DNA from: a virus
IMG/VR virus record: IMGVR_UViG_3300032249_000861
Span: 32,001 to 96,000 of that record
Strand: one strand, 5' to 3'
DNA: 64,000 nt
Under the pieces are notes generated by a model. It saw nothing but the letters and a program-made list of their open reading frames with translations. It was not told the DNA's origin and searched no databases. Made by a program: the position numbers and the translations under genes. Positions 43,959-54,068 of this stretch are shown here, in pieces (positions within the stretch are counted from its first letter, which is position 1; every line of letters begins with the position of its first letter).

Positions 43959-46274
43959 ATGTCAAATGTTAAAAGCATAGGAATTAAAGTTAGTGGCTTA
44001 AGTCCACTAGAAACATATAATTATCAATTTTCTAATAAGGGCGGAAACTGGCCTGTAAGAGTATCTCCAATTTCTGGAATATTCAAGCCTAATTCTCTAG
44101 ATAATGTATATGAAATTAGATCCTATGTAGAATTTTGTCCCACCACAGGCTTATGTCCAGCAACAGACCCAAATGTTCTGTACAATGCCCCGCCAGTGGA
44201 CGTTAATTCTGGTGCGTCTGTTGATAGAACAGCATTATATTCTGTGGTAGGGTTGTCTGTTACTTCTCACACAACATCAGAAAATGTTTTAGAAAATCAA
44301 ACACTAGTACAATGCGATAACTGTTTGCCAAACATTACTCTAGCTACTGAAGAAACTATATTATTGAATGATTCTTCATTAAATACCAAACAAATAGCTA
44401 CTTCTGTTAATGGCTTAATTCCAAATCAAATATATAACTATGAATTTTCTGCTATTGATAGTAATTGGCCAATAAGAATATCTCCTAGAACAGGATCTAT
44501 AAGATCAGCATCTGATTCTGCAACTATTAGATCCTTAATAACAGTATGTAATAGTGCTGATGATTGTGTAAATTCACTGGAATATAATCCTACTCAAAAT
44601 TGTGATATCGGACAAAATCCTTTTGCTGCCATTAAATTAACGATAACTCCAGAAGGGGGTTATCAGTCTCCAGTATCTTCTGATTTTACTGTTGTTTGCG
44701 AAGATTGTATTCCAAAATTATCTCTAGTATTACCATCAACAATACAATTAGATAGAATATCAAAAAATAAAACTTCTATGAATATGGTAGCATCTAATTT
44801 AAAAATTGGAAAACAATATGTATATAAGATTAATAGTGTAGATGCTAATTGGCCAGCAATTGTTACCCCAATGAGTGGGAAATTAACAGCACACTATGAT
44901 CGTATGGATATTCCAGTTAAAGTTACTCTTTGTTCTTCCACAGGACTATGTCCATCAAATAATCAAGACGTTATAGATTATAGTATAGATGATACTTGTT
45001 TATTAAATTATTCTAATCTAGATAGATTTGTCAGGTTTAATGCGGATATTTCCGCAGATAATTGTGTGGAGTCATTAGATAGAGTTTATAGTAATGATGT
45101 CCTTATTAGCTGCGTAGACTGCTTACCAAAAGTCAAAGTCTACATCCCTAATACTACATTATTATCTTCAGACTCTACTACAAATGTAACTATTTTTAAT
45201 GCTGACTTAACTGATCTTACGCCCAGACAACAATATGAGTACAAATTTAAATCAGTAGATGGCAATTGGCCTATCTTAATATCTCCAATAAGTGGAACAA
45301 TAGTATCAGACAGTACTAGTGCAAGCATATCATCAAGACTAACATTTTGCAGATCAACTGGATTGTGTGATGGGGTAGATAATTTACTAGATTATACATA
45401 TGATACTAGTAGCTTATACACAGAGGGACTAGAAAGATATGGATCTATAGTTTTAGAAGTTAATCCAACGGATTGTTTCGATATGTCTAAGAGTACTAGC
45501 AATACTATGTTGGTTAGATGCGACAATTGTCTGCCAAACCCGACCTTGACCCATCAAACCAATTCATCAACATTATCTGTGCCAGGAGTCAGTCGCTATC
45601 AGCTCTCAACGTCTGCACAAAATTTGATTGTTGGTGAAACATATAGGTACAATATCAATTATATAGACAGCAACTGGCCAACCATAGTATCAAAACAATC
45701 TGGACAATTCGTTGCTGTTGCTGCTAATAAAAACATAACAACAGAACTACAGTTTTGTTTTCCTAGCGGAACCTGTTCGCAAAATCCAATAGACGTGATG
45801 CCATATAGAGTAAGTCCGATTACCAGCAACACAAATAAATATGCAATTATTAATTTATCTATAACAGATATTACTAGCAATAATACTCCTGTTATTAGTG
45901 ATGATTTTTCTCTAACTTGTTCTAATTGCTTACCAGACATTAATTACACTATAGCCTTCTCTGGTAGCCCAACTCTAGTATTACCAAGCAACTGCTGTTC
46001 TGGTAATCAGGTTATGAGAGTTAATATTGGTGGTGCTGTGCCTGGAGATATACACAATTATGTATTATCTTCATCAACACCGAACGTGTCTTTTATGCCA
46101 TCAACTGGTCAGATCGTCTTTAAGCAAGGGGGGTCTGGAACAATTATTAGTATGATGAGCACAGCACTAAGTGACCAAACATCAGCTATAGCACAATGCA
46201 AGCTGACTAATATTAGTTCAAACATAGAAGCTGTTGACTTTTTGGTTATAAAATGTGGATCCAGTGCTTGCTAA
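43959..46274 (+). CDS. Cys-rich repeat protein (5 repeats plus 1 degenerate)
   Basis: Five NWP units, each ending in C-(D/E/V/S)-(N/D)-C-(L/I)-P. Confidence 0.8.
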   Translation: MSNVKSIGIKVSGLSPLETYNYQFSNKGGNWPVRVSPISGIFKPNSLDNVYEIRSYVEFCPTTGLCPATDPNVLYNAPPVDVNSGASVDRTALYSVVGLSVTSHTTSENVLENQTLVQCDNCLPNITLATEETILLNDSSLNTKQIATSVNGLIPNQIYNYEFSAIDSNWPIRISPRTGSIRSASDSATIRSLITVCNSADDCVNSLEYNPTQNCDIGQNPFAAIKLTITPEGGYQSPVSSDFTVVCEDCIPKLSLVLPSTIQLDRISKNKTSMNMVASNLKIGKQYVYKINSVDANWPAIVTPMSGKLTAHYDRMDIPVKVTLCSSTGLCPSNNQDVIDYSIDDTCLLNYSNLDRFVRFNADISADNCVESLDRVYSNDVLISCVDCLPKVKVYIPNTTLLSSDSTTNVTIFNADLTDLTPRQQYEYKFKSVDGNWPILISPISGTIVSDSTSASISSRLTFCRSTGLCDGVDNLLDYTYDTSSLYTEGLERYGSIVLEVNPTDCFDMSKSTSNTMLVRCDNCLPNPTLTHQTNSSTLSVPGVSRYQLSTSAQNLIVGETYRYNINYIDSNWPTIVSKQSGQFVAVAANKNITTELQFCFPSGTCSQNPIDVMPYRVSPITSNTNKYAIINLSITDITSNNTPVISDDFSLTCSNCLPDINYTIAFSGSPTLVLPSNCCSGNQVMRVNIGGAVPGDIHNYVLSSSTPNVSFMPSTGQIVFKQGGSGTIISMMSTALSDQTSAIAQCKLTNISSNIEAVDFLVIKCGSSAC

Positions 46275-46293
46275 ATCTAAGATATAAGAGGAT

Positions 46294-49200
46294 TTGATAA
46301 TGCTAGATATTATAGGACTAAATACTGCCAACTATAAAAATTGTGTAGAGTGGAGATATTTACCTGGAGACTTAACAACCGTTGGCTATAATGGTGGTCC
46401 TAGTTCATATTATACTTATGATCAGTCTGGTAATGTATGGGAATGGACAGATAGTTTAGATACTATTACATACAATAATACTGATTATTATTATCGAAAA
46501 ATCCGTGGCGGGTCTTTTAAAGAGAGTGCTCAAAAATTAAGTTCATTATATAATCATAGTAGATATGTTAGTGATCAACCAGATTCTGATAATGGTCTGG
46601 TTCTGAAAGATGATGTAGGCTTTAGGGTTGTATCAAGAACTAATCCCTTGTCTCTTTCTTATTTTGTAACTGTTTCTGATCCTGGTAATCAGCCTTTAGT
46701 TTTAACCGAAGACTATGCTGGATCATATGGTTCTGTTGATTATGAATATGCAATTAGTCAATTAGAAATTACTAATGATGATTATGTGATGTTTTTAAAT
46801 GCTGTTGACCCAAATGGCTCTAGAACCCAATTGTCTCCAACATCTAATACTTATGGTCAGCCAACAGCCAACAATCAGAATATTCTATATCATTTTTATA
46901 TGTCGTCTGATCCTAGAGGTGGGATTGACTTTAATCCTGGAGAAGCTGTAGGTAGAAAATATTTTTCCAAAAATAATACTGGAAATAAACCCGTTAATTT
47001 TATTACATGGTATATGGCAGCTAGTTATTGTAACTGGCTACACAATAAAGTCTCGGATCCAAATACTACAACCACCAATAGTGGAGCATATAATTTATCT
47101 TTGGACGACAACTTAATAGTACGTGATCCAAATAGTTATTATAGTTTACCTTCGGATGATGAGTGGTTTAAAGCAGCTTATTATAAGGGAGGGTCCGCCG
47201 ATGCAGGATACTGGACATATGCAACAGGTTCCGATGATGCTCCATCGTGTATTGATATTGATGAAAATGGAATAGGTCCATGGCAAAAATCACAAGATTA
47301 TGTTAATATATCCTTAAAAAATCTCAATATTGGACACTCCTATACTGTCTCATTCTCCGTCTCTAAGAACTCTCTATATTCAGTAGAATTAGACAAAAGC
47401 GAATATACATTCATAGCTTCTGCTATAACAGAAAATGTTTTAATATGTGTTACTAAGTATTTGGTAGTTGATTTTTGTATAGTAACATCAACATTATTTA
47501 ATAATACAACAAATACTATTGAATCTGTAGAACCAACAGTCATACAATGTTCTTCAAGAAATGTTTGCAAACTAACTAGAACTCCTACTCCAACAAAAAC
47601 TGTTACTCCAACACCAGCAGCAAGTCAGAGTCCTACTCCAACAACAACTCCTACTCCTACGATAACTCCAACAATAACACCAACAATCACAGTTACCTCA
47701 ACTGCTACTCCAACAGTAACCAGAACAGCAACGCAGACCCCGTCTCTTACAGCTTCTGAAACTGCTACTCCGACAGCCACAAGAACATCCACTCCAACAC
47801 CCACGCCTACAATTACTGTAACAAGAACAGTTACCCCGTCTATTACTGCCACAGCTTCATTAACTCCAACTATAACAGTAACAAGAAGCGAAACACCTAC
47901 TCCAACAGTAACCAAAACAACAACACCAACACCAGCAGCTAGTCAAACACCAACGCCAACCGTTACTCCAACAATAACAGCATCTAGAACGCCAACCGCT
48001 ACAGTTACTCCAACAATCACCATTACTCCTAGTATTACTATAACCAGAAGCTCAACTCCAACGCCAACAGTTACTCGAACAAGTACTGCTACTCCTACGG
48101 TAACACCATCGGTAACGACCTCATTAACTCCGACTATAACAGTAACTAGCACAAATACAAGAACACCAACACCAACAAGAACAACAACACCAACAGTTAC
48201 TCCAACATTGACCCCTACTCCATCAAGACCTTTTGCTTTTGTCAGCACATGGAATACATTAAGTACTAGCACTGGTAGTAGTGGGTCTAATCAAATTAGA
48301 CTACCATTAATATTAGGAGGAACTTATAATTTTACTGTTAATTGGGGAGATGGAACTAGTAATAATATAACTTCTTGGAACCAAACCGAGACAACTCATA
48401 CATATACTAGTACTGGTAGTAAAACTATAACTATTACTGGAACTATCAAAGGATGGGAATTTAATAATAGTGGAGATAGATTAAAGATTACTAATATTAG
48501 TAATTGGGGTCCGGTAGATCTGCATGTGGCTGGCAGTTCCAGAAACTTTAGTGGTTGTGCTAATTTAAATATTACTACTGGAGGATCTCCAGGTATGCCA
48601 GTTCTTTGTACTGGCATGTTTGAGGGTTGTAGTGCTCTTGTTGGAGTTGGTATTAACGATTTTAATATGGCGAATGTAATCAATACTTCATATATGTTCT
48701 CTTCTTGTCCATTCTTTAACGCTCCAATTAATAATTGGAATACTAGTAACATAACCAATATGAGTGGCATGTTCTTTGGAGCTACTAGCTTTAATCAGCA
48801 AATAGGAACTTGGAATACTAGTAAGGTTACTAATATGAGCAGCATGTTTAATGGGGCTGCAAGTTTTAATCAGCCATTAAATACTTGGAATACTTCAGCA
48901 GTTACTAATATGAGTAGTATGTTTGCCAATACGGGCCAGTATAATCAAAGCATGAGTAGTTGGGACACCAGTAAGGTTACTAATATGAGTAGCATGTTTT
49001 TAAACGCTCTTGCTATGGACCAGGACATTAGCATGTGGAATATATCTTTGGTAACGTCTATGGATGTAATCTTAAGAGGTGCAGTTAAGTTTAGTCAAAC
49101 CAATTACCATGCTTTACTTAATTCTTGGGGTAATGGTACTACACCTACTCAAAATAACATTAATTTTACTGTTGATCAAGAATATTCCTCAACAAATGCT

Positions 49201-50085
49201 ACAATAGTAAGCAGAAGACTATATTTAATAAATAATAGGGGTTGGAATATTATTGATCATGGTAATGAAACTAGTATGATATTAAAATATAATAATACTA
49301 ACGATAGTAGATATAATGTTAATAGTGGTTGGTATAGCACTAATGAATTCTTTACTATACTTAGGCCAACAGCAAACGATACCATAGTAGAAGTTAACTG
49401 GGGAAATGGACAAAATTTTGTATATAATATAGGCAACAACGTATTAGCAGGAGTCTATGCTCCTGCTTATTCTACAAATACTACATATACTATTAGAATA
49501 ACAAAAAGAAGTGGGTCTGGAAATATTCGACTGTCTCCTTTTCAATTTTATAATTATGGCGCTAGTTACGGTAACCCACAGTATTATACTCCATTTCAAA
49601 ATAGCGTAACTTCCATAGATAGATTTGGAAGTAACATCATCCTTAGCGATAACGGAAGTCATTTTGCTTATTATTACAATCTTGTTTCGGTGTCAAATAT
49701 AGATGCGCCAATCAATCCACCAGACAATTCCTATCGTAATATCTTTCTTGGTTGTTCAAAGTTTGTTGGAACTGGTTTGAACAATTGGAATACTAGCTCT
49801 ATAACTGATATGTATGCTGCATTTCAGAATAATACTAGTTTCACTTTTGATTTGAGAAACTGGAATTTATCTAATGTTGCAAATATGGATTATATGCTAA
49901 CTGGCGCTAATAATTTTGGTACGACAAACTATAGTAATCTGTTAATATATTTAAATGATAATAATATTAAAAGTAATGTTCCTTTAAGAAGTAGTTCTAG
50001 ATATTTTAACCAAGCCAGCGTAATTTCTGCTAGAGCTAGTTTAGTATCAAGAGGATGGACTATTATAGATAGCGGAGCAATATAA
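46294..50085 (+). CDS. multidomain adhesin: permuted FGE/CLec domain, T/P-rich stalk, BspA/DUF285 repeats
   Basis: FGE motifs at about 46320-47250; TPT repeats 47575-48222; NWGDG..HTY PKD-like unit; FNQPL.TWNTS.VTNMSSMF repeats. The start may be ATG 46300. Confidence 0.85.
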   Translation: MIMLDIIGLNTANYKNCVEWRYLPGDLTTVGYNGGPSSYYTYDQSGNVWEWTDSLDTITYNNTDYYYRKIRGGSFKESAQKLSSLYNHSRYVSDQPDSDNGLVLKDDVGFRVVSRTNPLSLSYFVTVSDPGNQPLVLTEDYAGSYGSVDYEYAISQLEITNDDYVMFLNAVDPNGSRTQLSPTSNTYGQPTANNQNILYHFYMSSDPRGGIDFNPGEAVGRKYFSKNNTGNKPVNFITWYMAASYCNWLHNKVSDPNTTTTNSGAYNLSLDDNLIVRDPNSYYSLPSDDEWFKAAYYKGGSADAGYWTYATGSDDAPSCIDIDENGIGPWQKSQDYVNISLKNLNIGHSYTVSFSVSKNSLYSVELDKSEYTFIASAITENVLICVTKYLVVDFCIVTSTLFNNTTNTIESVEPTVIQCSSRNVCKLTRTPTPTKTVTPTPAASQSPTPTTTPTPTITPTITPTITVTSTATPTVTRTATQTPSLTASETATPTATRTSTPTPTPTITVTRTVTPSITATASLTPTITVTRSETPTPTVTKTTTPTPAASQTPTPTVTPTITASRTPTATVTPTITITPSITITRSSTPTPTVTRTSTATPTVTPSVTTSLTPTITVTSTNTRTPTPTRTTTPTVTPTLTPTPSRPFAFVSTWNTLSTSTGSSGSNQIRLPLILGGTYNFTVNWGDGTSNNITSWNQTETTHTYTSTGSKTITITGTIKGWEFNNSGDRLKITNISNWGPVDLHVAGSSRNFSGCANLNITTGGSPGMPVLCTGMFEGCSALVGVGINDFNMANVINTSYMFSSCPFFNAPINNWNTSNITNMSGMFFGATSFNQQIGTWNTSKVTNMSSMFNGAASFNQPLNTWNTSAVTNMSSMFANTGQYNQSMSSWDTSKVTNMSSMFLNALAMDQDISMWNISLVTSMDVILRGAVKFSQTNYHALLNSWGNGTTPTQNNINFTVDQEYSSTNATIVSRRLYLINNRGWNIIDHGNETSMILKYNNTNDSRYNVNSGWYSTNEFFTILRPTANDTIVEVNWGNGQNFVYNIGNNVLAGVYAPAYSTNTTYTIRITKRSGSGNIRLSPFQFYNYGASYGNPQYYTPFQNSVTSIDRFGSNIILSDNGSHFAYYYNLVSVSNIDAPINPPDNSYRNIFLGCSKFVGTGLNNWNTSSITDMYAAFQNNTSFTFDLRNWNLSNVANMDYMLTGANNFGTTNYSNLLIYLNDNNIKSNVPLRSSSRYFNQASVISARASLVSRGWTIIDSGAI
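47575..48222 (+). repeat. Thr/Pro low-complexity repeat (about 215 aa)
   Basis: TPTPT.T.TPTIT. units; ACTCCAACA-like DNA repeats. Confidence 0.9.
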
Positions 50086-50531
50086 TGAAACTAATTAATA
50101 ATACTAATAAACACATATACTATTATATCTCACAAGACCAAAGTTATGGATTCTTGAATTTTGGACAACAACTAGAAACAAACAGAAATGTTGTTTCTTT
50201 TTTATCGGCTGAAGAATGGAAAAATCATATTAATACTACACTAGGAACAGACACTTGGCTGAACGAAAATTTAAAAAAGGAACTAGAAGAGCAAAGTAAA
50301 GATACAGCAAAACATAGCGATGTTGGATATTTAACAGCTTACAACTTTAGACTACCAGTAAATGAAGAAACCGATTCTAAGCTTAATCAACTATTATCGT
50401 CCAACACAGATCCTGTGAGAATAACTGCTATGTCGGGTGACGTTTATACTTTAAGCAAAGATAATCTAGTATCTTTAATTGATCAATATACAAAAGACAA
50501 ACCCTTATATCTAGCTATGGTAGAGAAATAA
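50085..50531 (+). CDS. hypothetical protein, possible fibre assembly chaperone
   Basis: Directly follows the adhesin with a TAATG overlap; C-terminus loosely resembles DUF4376-type chaperones. Confidence 0.4.
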   Translation: MKLINNTNKHIYYYISQDQSYGFLNFGQQLETNRNVVSFLSAEEWKNHINTTLGTDTWLNENLKKELEEQSKDTAKHSDVGYLTAYNFRLPVNEETDSKLNQLLSSNTDPVRITAMSGDVYTLSKDNLVSLIDQYTKDKPLYLAMVEK

Positions 50532-50532
50532 T

Positions 50533-52035
50533 ATGTTATTAACTTGCAATAGTGCTAATTACGGAAGCAGAGCAGACTGGAATACGTTAGATGGTAATGT
50601 ATCAACAGTTGGTTCTAATGGCAAAAGTAGTTACTATGGCACTTTTGATCAAACGGGAAATGTTAATGAGCTATTAGACACTATTAGCGGTAGTTATCCT
50701 ATGATTCGCGGAGGTTCTTTTAATAATGAACAGACATATCTAACCAAAACATATTTTGGTACGCAAGCAGTAGACGGTAAGACTAGTAATATCGGATTTA
50801 GGGTGGCTAAAGCATCTTCAAGCATAGATGCTACTAATTATGTTTTAGTTGAAAATAAAGATAACGGTGGAGATGGTGGTGGTGTTTTTAGTCCTGGTAG
50901 AGTCAATTATGACTATCAAATAAAAAAATATTTAGTAACTAATAATGAGTATGTAGAATTTTTAAATGCAGTCTCTACTAAGCCTAATACTCTTGGATTA
51001 TGGGATATTAATATGACCGACCCTGTAAATCCTCCAGCCGGATGGATAAGAACAAGAGGTGGTATAAATCGTGCTCTGATTAGCGGATCATATGTCTACA
51101 CTGTTTCTCCAAACATGGGTAACAAACCCGTAAATTATATCAACTGGTTTTCTGCTGTTAGATATATTAATTGGTTGCATAATGGTAAACCAACTGGCGC
51201 TCCAGCAGCTAGTACTACAGAGGATGGAGTCTATACGTTACCCGGTTCTGTTATTCAAGGGACCAGCAAACCATCACCGAATAATAAAAATTCATACTGG
51301 CTTCCTTCGGAGGACGAATGGTATAAAGCCGCATACTACGATCCTAATAAAAACGGACTTGGTTTACCAGGATACTGGACTTATGCAACAATGTCTGATT
51401 CTATTCCTGATGCTGTTGTTGTTGATGCGACAGGAACAGCAAATAATACACATAGTAATCCTAATATTTGTATTAGTCCCACACCAACTCCAACAGTTAC
51501 TCCATCTATTACGGTGTCTCCAACAGTGACTCCTAGTATAACAGTGTCAGTATCTGCAACACTTACAGCCACTCCTACAACAACACCAACAATTACTATT
51601 ACATCTAGTGCTACTCCTACTAAAACACCGACTAAAACTCCAACCATGACTCGTAGCTTAACTCCGACTCCAAGCTTAACCGCTAGTGTTAGTCCTAGTG
51701 TTACTGTCTCAATATCTCCAACAAAAACCCCAACAATGACCAAAACACTAACTCCAACAGTTACTCCTACTGCTAGCGTAACTGTCACTCCTTCAAAGAG
51801 TTTGTGTGCGCAGAAGAAATTAGGAGAATTATTGTATCAGAGTTCTGTTTATGTAAATGACGATATTAAGATACTGCATAAAGGATTTTTATTACAGGGT
51901 AAATTATTGCCTAATATAAGTGTTTTATACGAAGTTCCAGAACCACCCTCAACAACCAGCACAACACCAAATCCAACAAGAACGCCCACACAGACTCCAA
52001 GTTTGTCGCCGTCGCCTACGCCTACTGGTACTTAG
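50533..52035 (+). CDS. permuted FGE/CLec-domain protein with T/P-rich linkers
   Basis: ANY..GTFDQTGNVNE..RGGSF..IGFRVA, then YQIKKYLVTNNEYVEFLNAV..WLPSEDEWYKAAYY; TP repeats at 51475-51795 and 51945-52030. Confidence 0.85.
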   Translation: MLLTCNSANYGSRADWNTLDGNVSTVGSNGKSSYYGTFDQTGNVNELLDTISGSYPMIRGGSFNNEQTYLTKTYFGTQAVDGKTSNIGFRVAKASSSIDATNYVLVENKDNGGDGGGVFSPGRVNYDYQIKKYLVTNNEYVEFLNAVSTKPNTLGLWDINMTDPVNPPAGWIRTRGGINRALISGSYVYTVSPNMGNKPVNYINWFSAVRYINWLHNGKPTGAPAASTTEDGVYTLPGSVIQGTSKPSPNNKNSYWLPSEDEWYKAAYYDPNKNGLGLPGYWTYATMSDSIPDAVVVDATGTANNTHSNPNICISPTPTPTVTPSITVSPTVTPSITVSVSATLTATPTTTPTITITSSATPTKTPTKTPTMTRSLTPTPSLTASVSPSVTVSISPTKTPTMTKTLTPTVTPTASVTVTPSKSLCAQKKLGELLYQSSVYVNDDIKILHKGFLLQGKLLPNISVLYEVPEPPSTTSTTPNPTRTPTQTPSLSPSPTPTGT

Positions 52036-52059
52036 TTAAATAAAAGGACTTAGGACTTT

Positions 52060-54066
52060 ATGGTATATTCCCAAGATTTTTTAGATTCAACATTAGATAA
52101 TATTAATAATATAACAGCTATGACAGCAGGATCAAGTAGTCCTGTTGTACAAGTTCTATTTAAAGGGAGTGGTGTTCATAGTGTTGGTGGACCAACTCCA
52201 TTTGTTGAATTATCAACGTCTGTTGAAAGTAATTCTGTTGGTATTCCAGAATCTACTACTACTAAAATTACATTAACTGGTAAAATTGTTAGACCCCAAG
52301 CTGCTAATGCTACTGGTAGCGGTATTAGCCATGTATTGAGTGGCATAAAACAATTAAATGATTTATTTAAGCCAGAGGAGTTTGGCGAGTTTAAAATACA
52401 GTGTAGCTCTAATGATATTTATAGTGTTACTGGAGTTAAAGTTGTTAGTGTAGATATTAGTAAAACTAGTGATAATTGGGTACAAACGGCCGATTATATA
52501 GTAGTGTTGGAAGGATATAAAAGTGCAATATCAGGATATTCTGTTAAAGGACTAGTTGATTCATGGAGCATAGAGTCTTTGGAAGATTATACATATAGTA
52601 GTTTTACAATTAATAATATTACTCAAAAACAAGAACATCATAATCCTAATTTAAAACCTACAGCACCATCAGTCGGTAATCCACAACCAGGAGGAACACA
52701 GTCCGGAGGTGGTGGAGGTATGAGTCCAAATGTTAATACTGCTACTCTAAATGTAGTGTCTATTCCACAATTTAAAGTTAGTCATACTGTTAGTGCTATC
52801 GGAGTGCCTAGTGGTACTGGAGGTACTCTCTCTAATACTGGCTTAATGAATTCTATTTACCTAAATGCTAAAGCTTGGGTAGATTATAGATTAAATTATA
52901 GCATAACAGCATCTTCAACATCTACTCCATCTGGCCTAATTTTTCTTAATAACCCAGGACAGACTCCTCCTTATCATTTAGCCACAGGATATTTGTATAA
53001 TCATATTCGTAATACAAATTTTAGTATGACAGAAGGTAAATACGAGGTAGTAGATAATTGGATAGCTATGCCAACAGGTATTGGTTTTATAGAAGACTAT
53101 AATATAGATATGTCTACTGATGAAAAGTATATTCATACCGTAAGCGTTAAAGGAGAAATTAGAGGATTATCTTTGGGAGGTGAGTTCGGCTCTGCTCACA
53201 CTCATGTTACAGGAACTAATATGAGTAGTTTAAATGCCCCTCCTTCATTAACAGGATATGGAGGAACCACAGGAGGAACACTCAACCATGATGTTCCAGA
53301 TGTAACTTCGTCAGTGAGTGCGGCAACAACTATAACAACAAATAAATATCAAAACGCACTAAGTGGATGGATATATGATATTAAACCATATTTATATCGT
53401 AGAGCTTGTGTATCTATGAGTACAGCAGATAGAACGGTCGGATATGTTGCTCCATACGCTGATAATGGCCCACAATCTCCTCCAAATAATCCCGTATATG
53501 CTATGCATAGTTTATTAAATATTATTCCAGTATCCACTTCAGAATCTCATAATACTCGTAAGGGCGTTATTTCTTATTCTTATGATTTTAATAATAAGTT
53601 TACAATGATTACAGGAGTAATTGCAGAAAACGTAAGCATAGAAGATACCGGTCCAGTTGATGTTATAGGAGAAGCATTCGTATTGGGTCGCGCTCTTGGT
53701 CCAGTTTTACAAAATCTTGGAACAAAAACCACAGCTAAAAAGAGTGTATCTATAGAAGTTACTGTTGTTCCACCATCTAGTTTAGCCGGATTCTTCATGC
53801 AGAATAGTGTTTGTCCATTATGGACAGGAGGAACAATATTTACTACTATTACAGGTATACTTGAGGCTTTAAAACCATTCGGAGATAGAGCATCATCATT
53901 TATTGGGGCCTCTCCTGTGACTCGTGGAAATGCAACTAATGATACTGGACAAGTGTTTGTTGCTCAAGACAACCAAAGTTGGGATCCTACTAATGGAAAA
54001 TATGTTCGCTCTGTTGCTTGGAATTATCAACAATGTACAAATTCTAGGAACTGGTTAAATCACTAA
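52060..54066 (+). CDS. putative distal tail (Dit-like) / tail-tip protein
   Basis: Beta-rich; PTPFV...KITLTGKIV N-terminus; directly upstream of the hub-like gene. Confidence 0.45.
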   Translation: MVYSQDFLDSTLDNINNITAMTAGSSSPVVQVLFKGSGVHSVGGPTPFVELSTSVESNSVGIPESTTTKITLTGKIVRPQAANATGSGISHVLSGIKQLNDLFKPEEFGEFKIQCSSNDIYSVTGVKVVSVDISKTSDNWVQTADYIVVLEGYKSAISGYSVKGLVDSWSIESLEDYTYSSFTINNITQKQEHHNPNLKPTAPSVGNPQPGGTQSGGGGGMSPNVNTATLNVVSIPQFKVSHTVSAIGVPSGTGGTLSNTGLMNSIYLNAKAWVDYRLNYSITASSTSTPSGLIFLNNPGQTPPYHLATGYLYNHIRNTNFSMTEGKYEVVDNWIAMPTGIGFIEDYNIDMSTDEKYIHTVSVKGEIRGLSLGGEFGSAHTHVTGTNMSSLNAPPSLTGYGGTTGGTLNHDVPDVTSSVSAATTITTNKYQNALSGWIYDIKPYLYRRACVSMSTADRTVGYVAPYADNGPQSPPNNPVYAMHSLLNIIPVSTSESHNTRKGVISYSYDFNNKFTMITGVIAENVSIEDTGPVDVIGEAFVLGRALGPVLQNLGTKTTAKKSVSIEVTVVPPSSLAGFFMQNSVCPLWTGGTIFTTITGILEALKPFGDRASSFIGASPVTRGNATNDTGQVFVAQDNQSWDPTNGKYVRSVAWNYQQCTNSRNWLNH

Positions 54067-54068
54067 TT

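Noticed and set aside
47575-48990. CRISPR-like array
   Set aside because: The repeats are degenerate, in-frame and coding (T/P linker and BspA repeats), with no constant repeat and unique spacer structure.
35190-51410. Diversity-generating retroelement acting on the CLec-fold domains
   Set aside because: No reverse transcriptase and no near-identical TR/VR pair differing at adenines is visible. The three copies are divergent paralogs. A remote DGR outside the window cannot be excluded.
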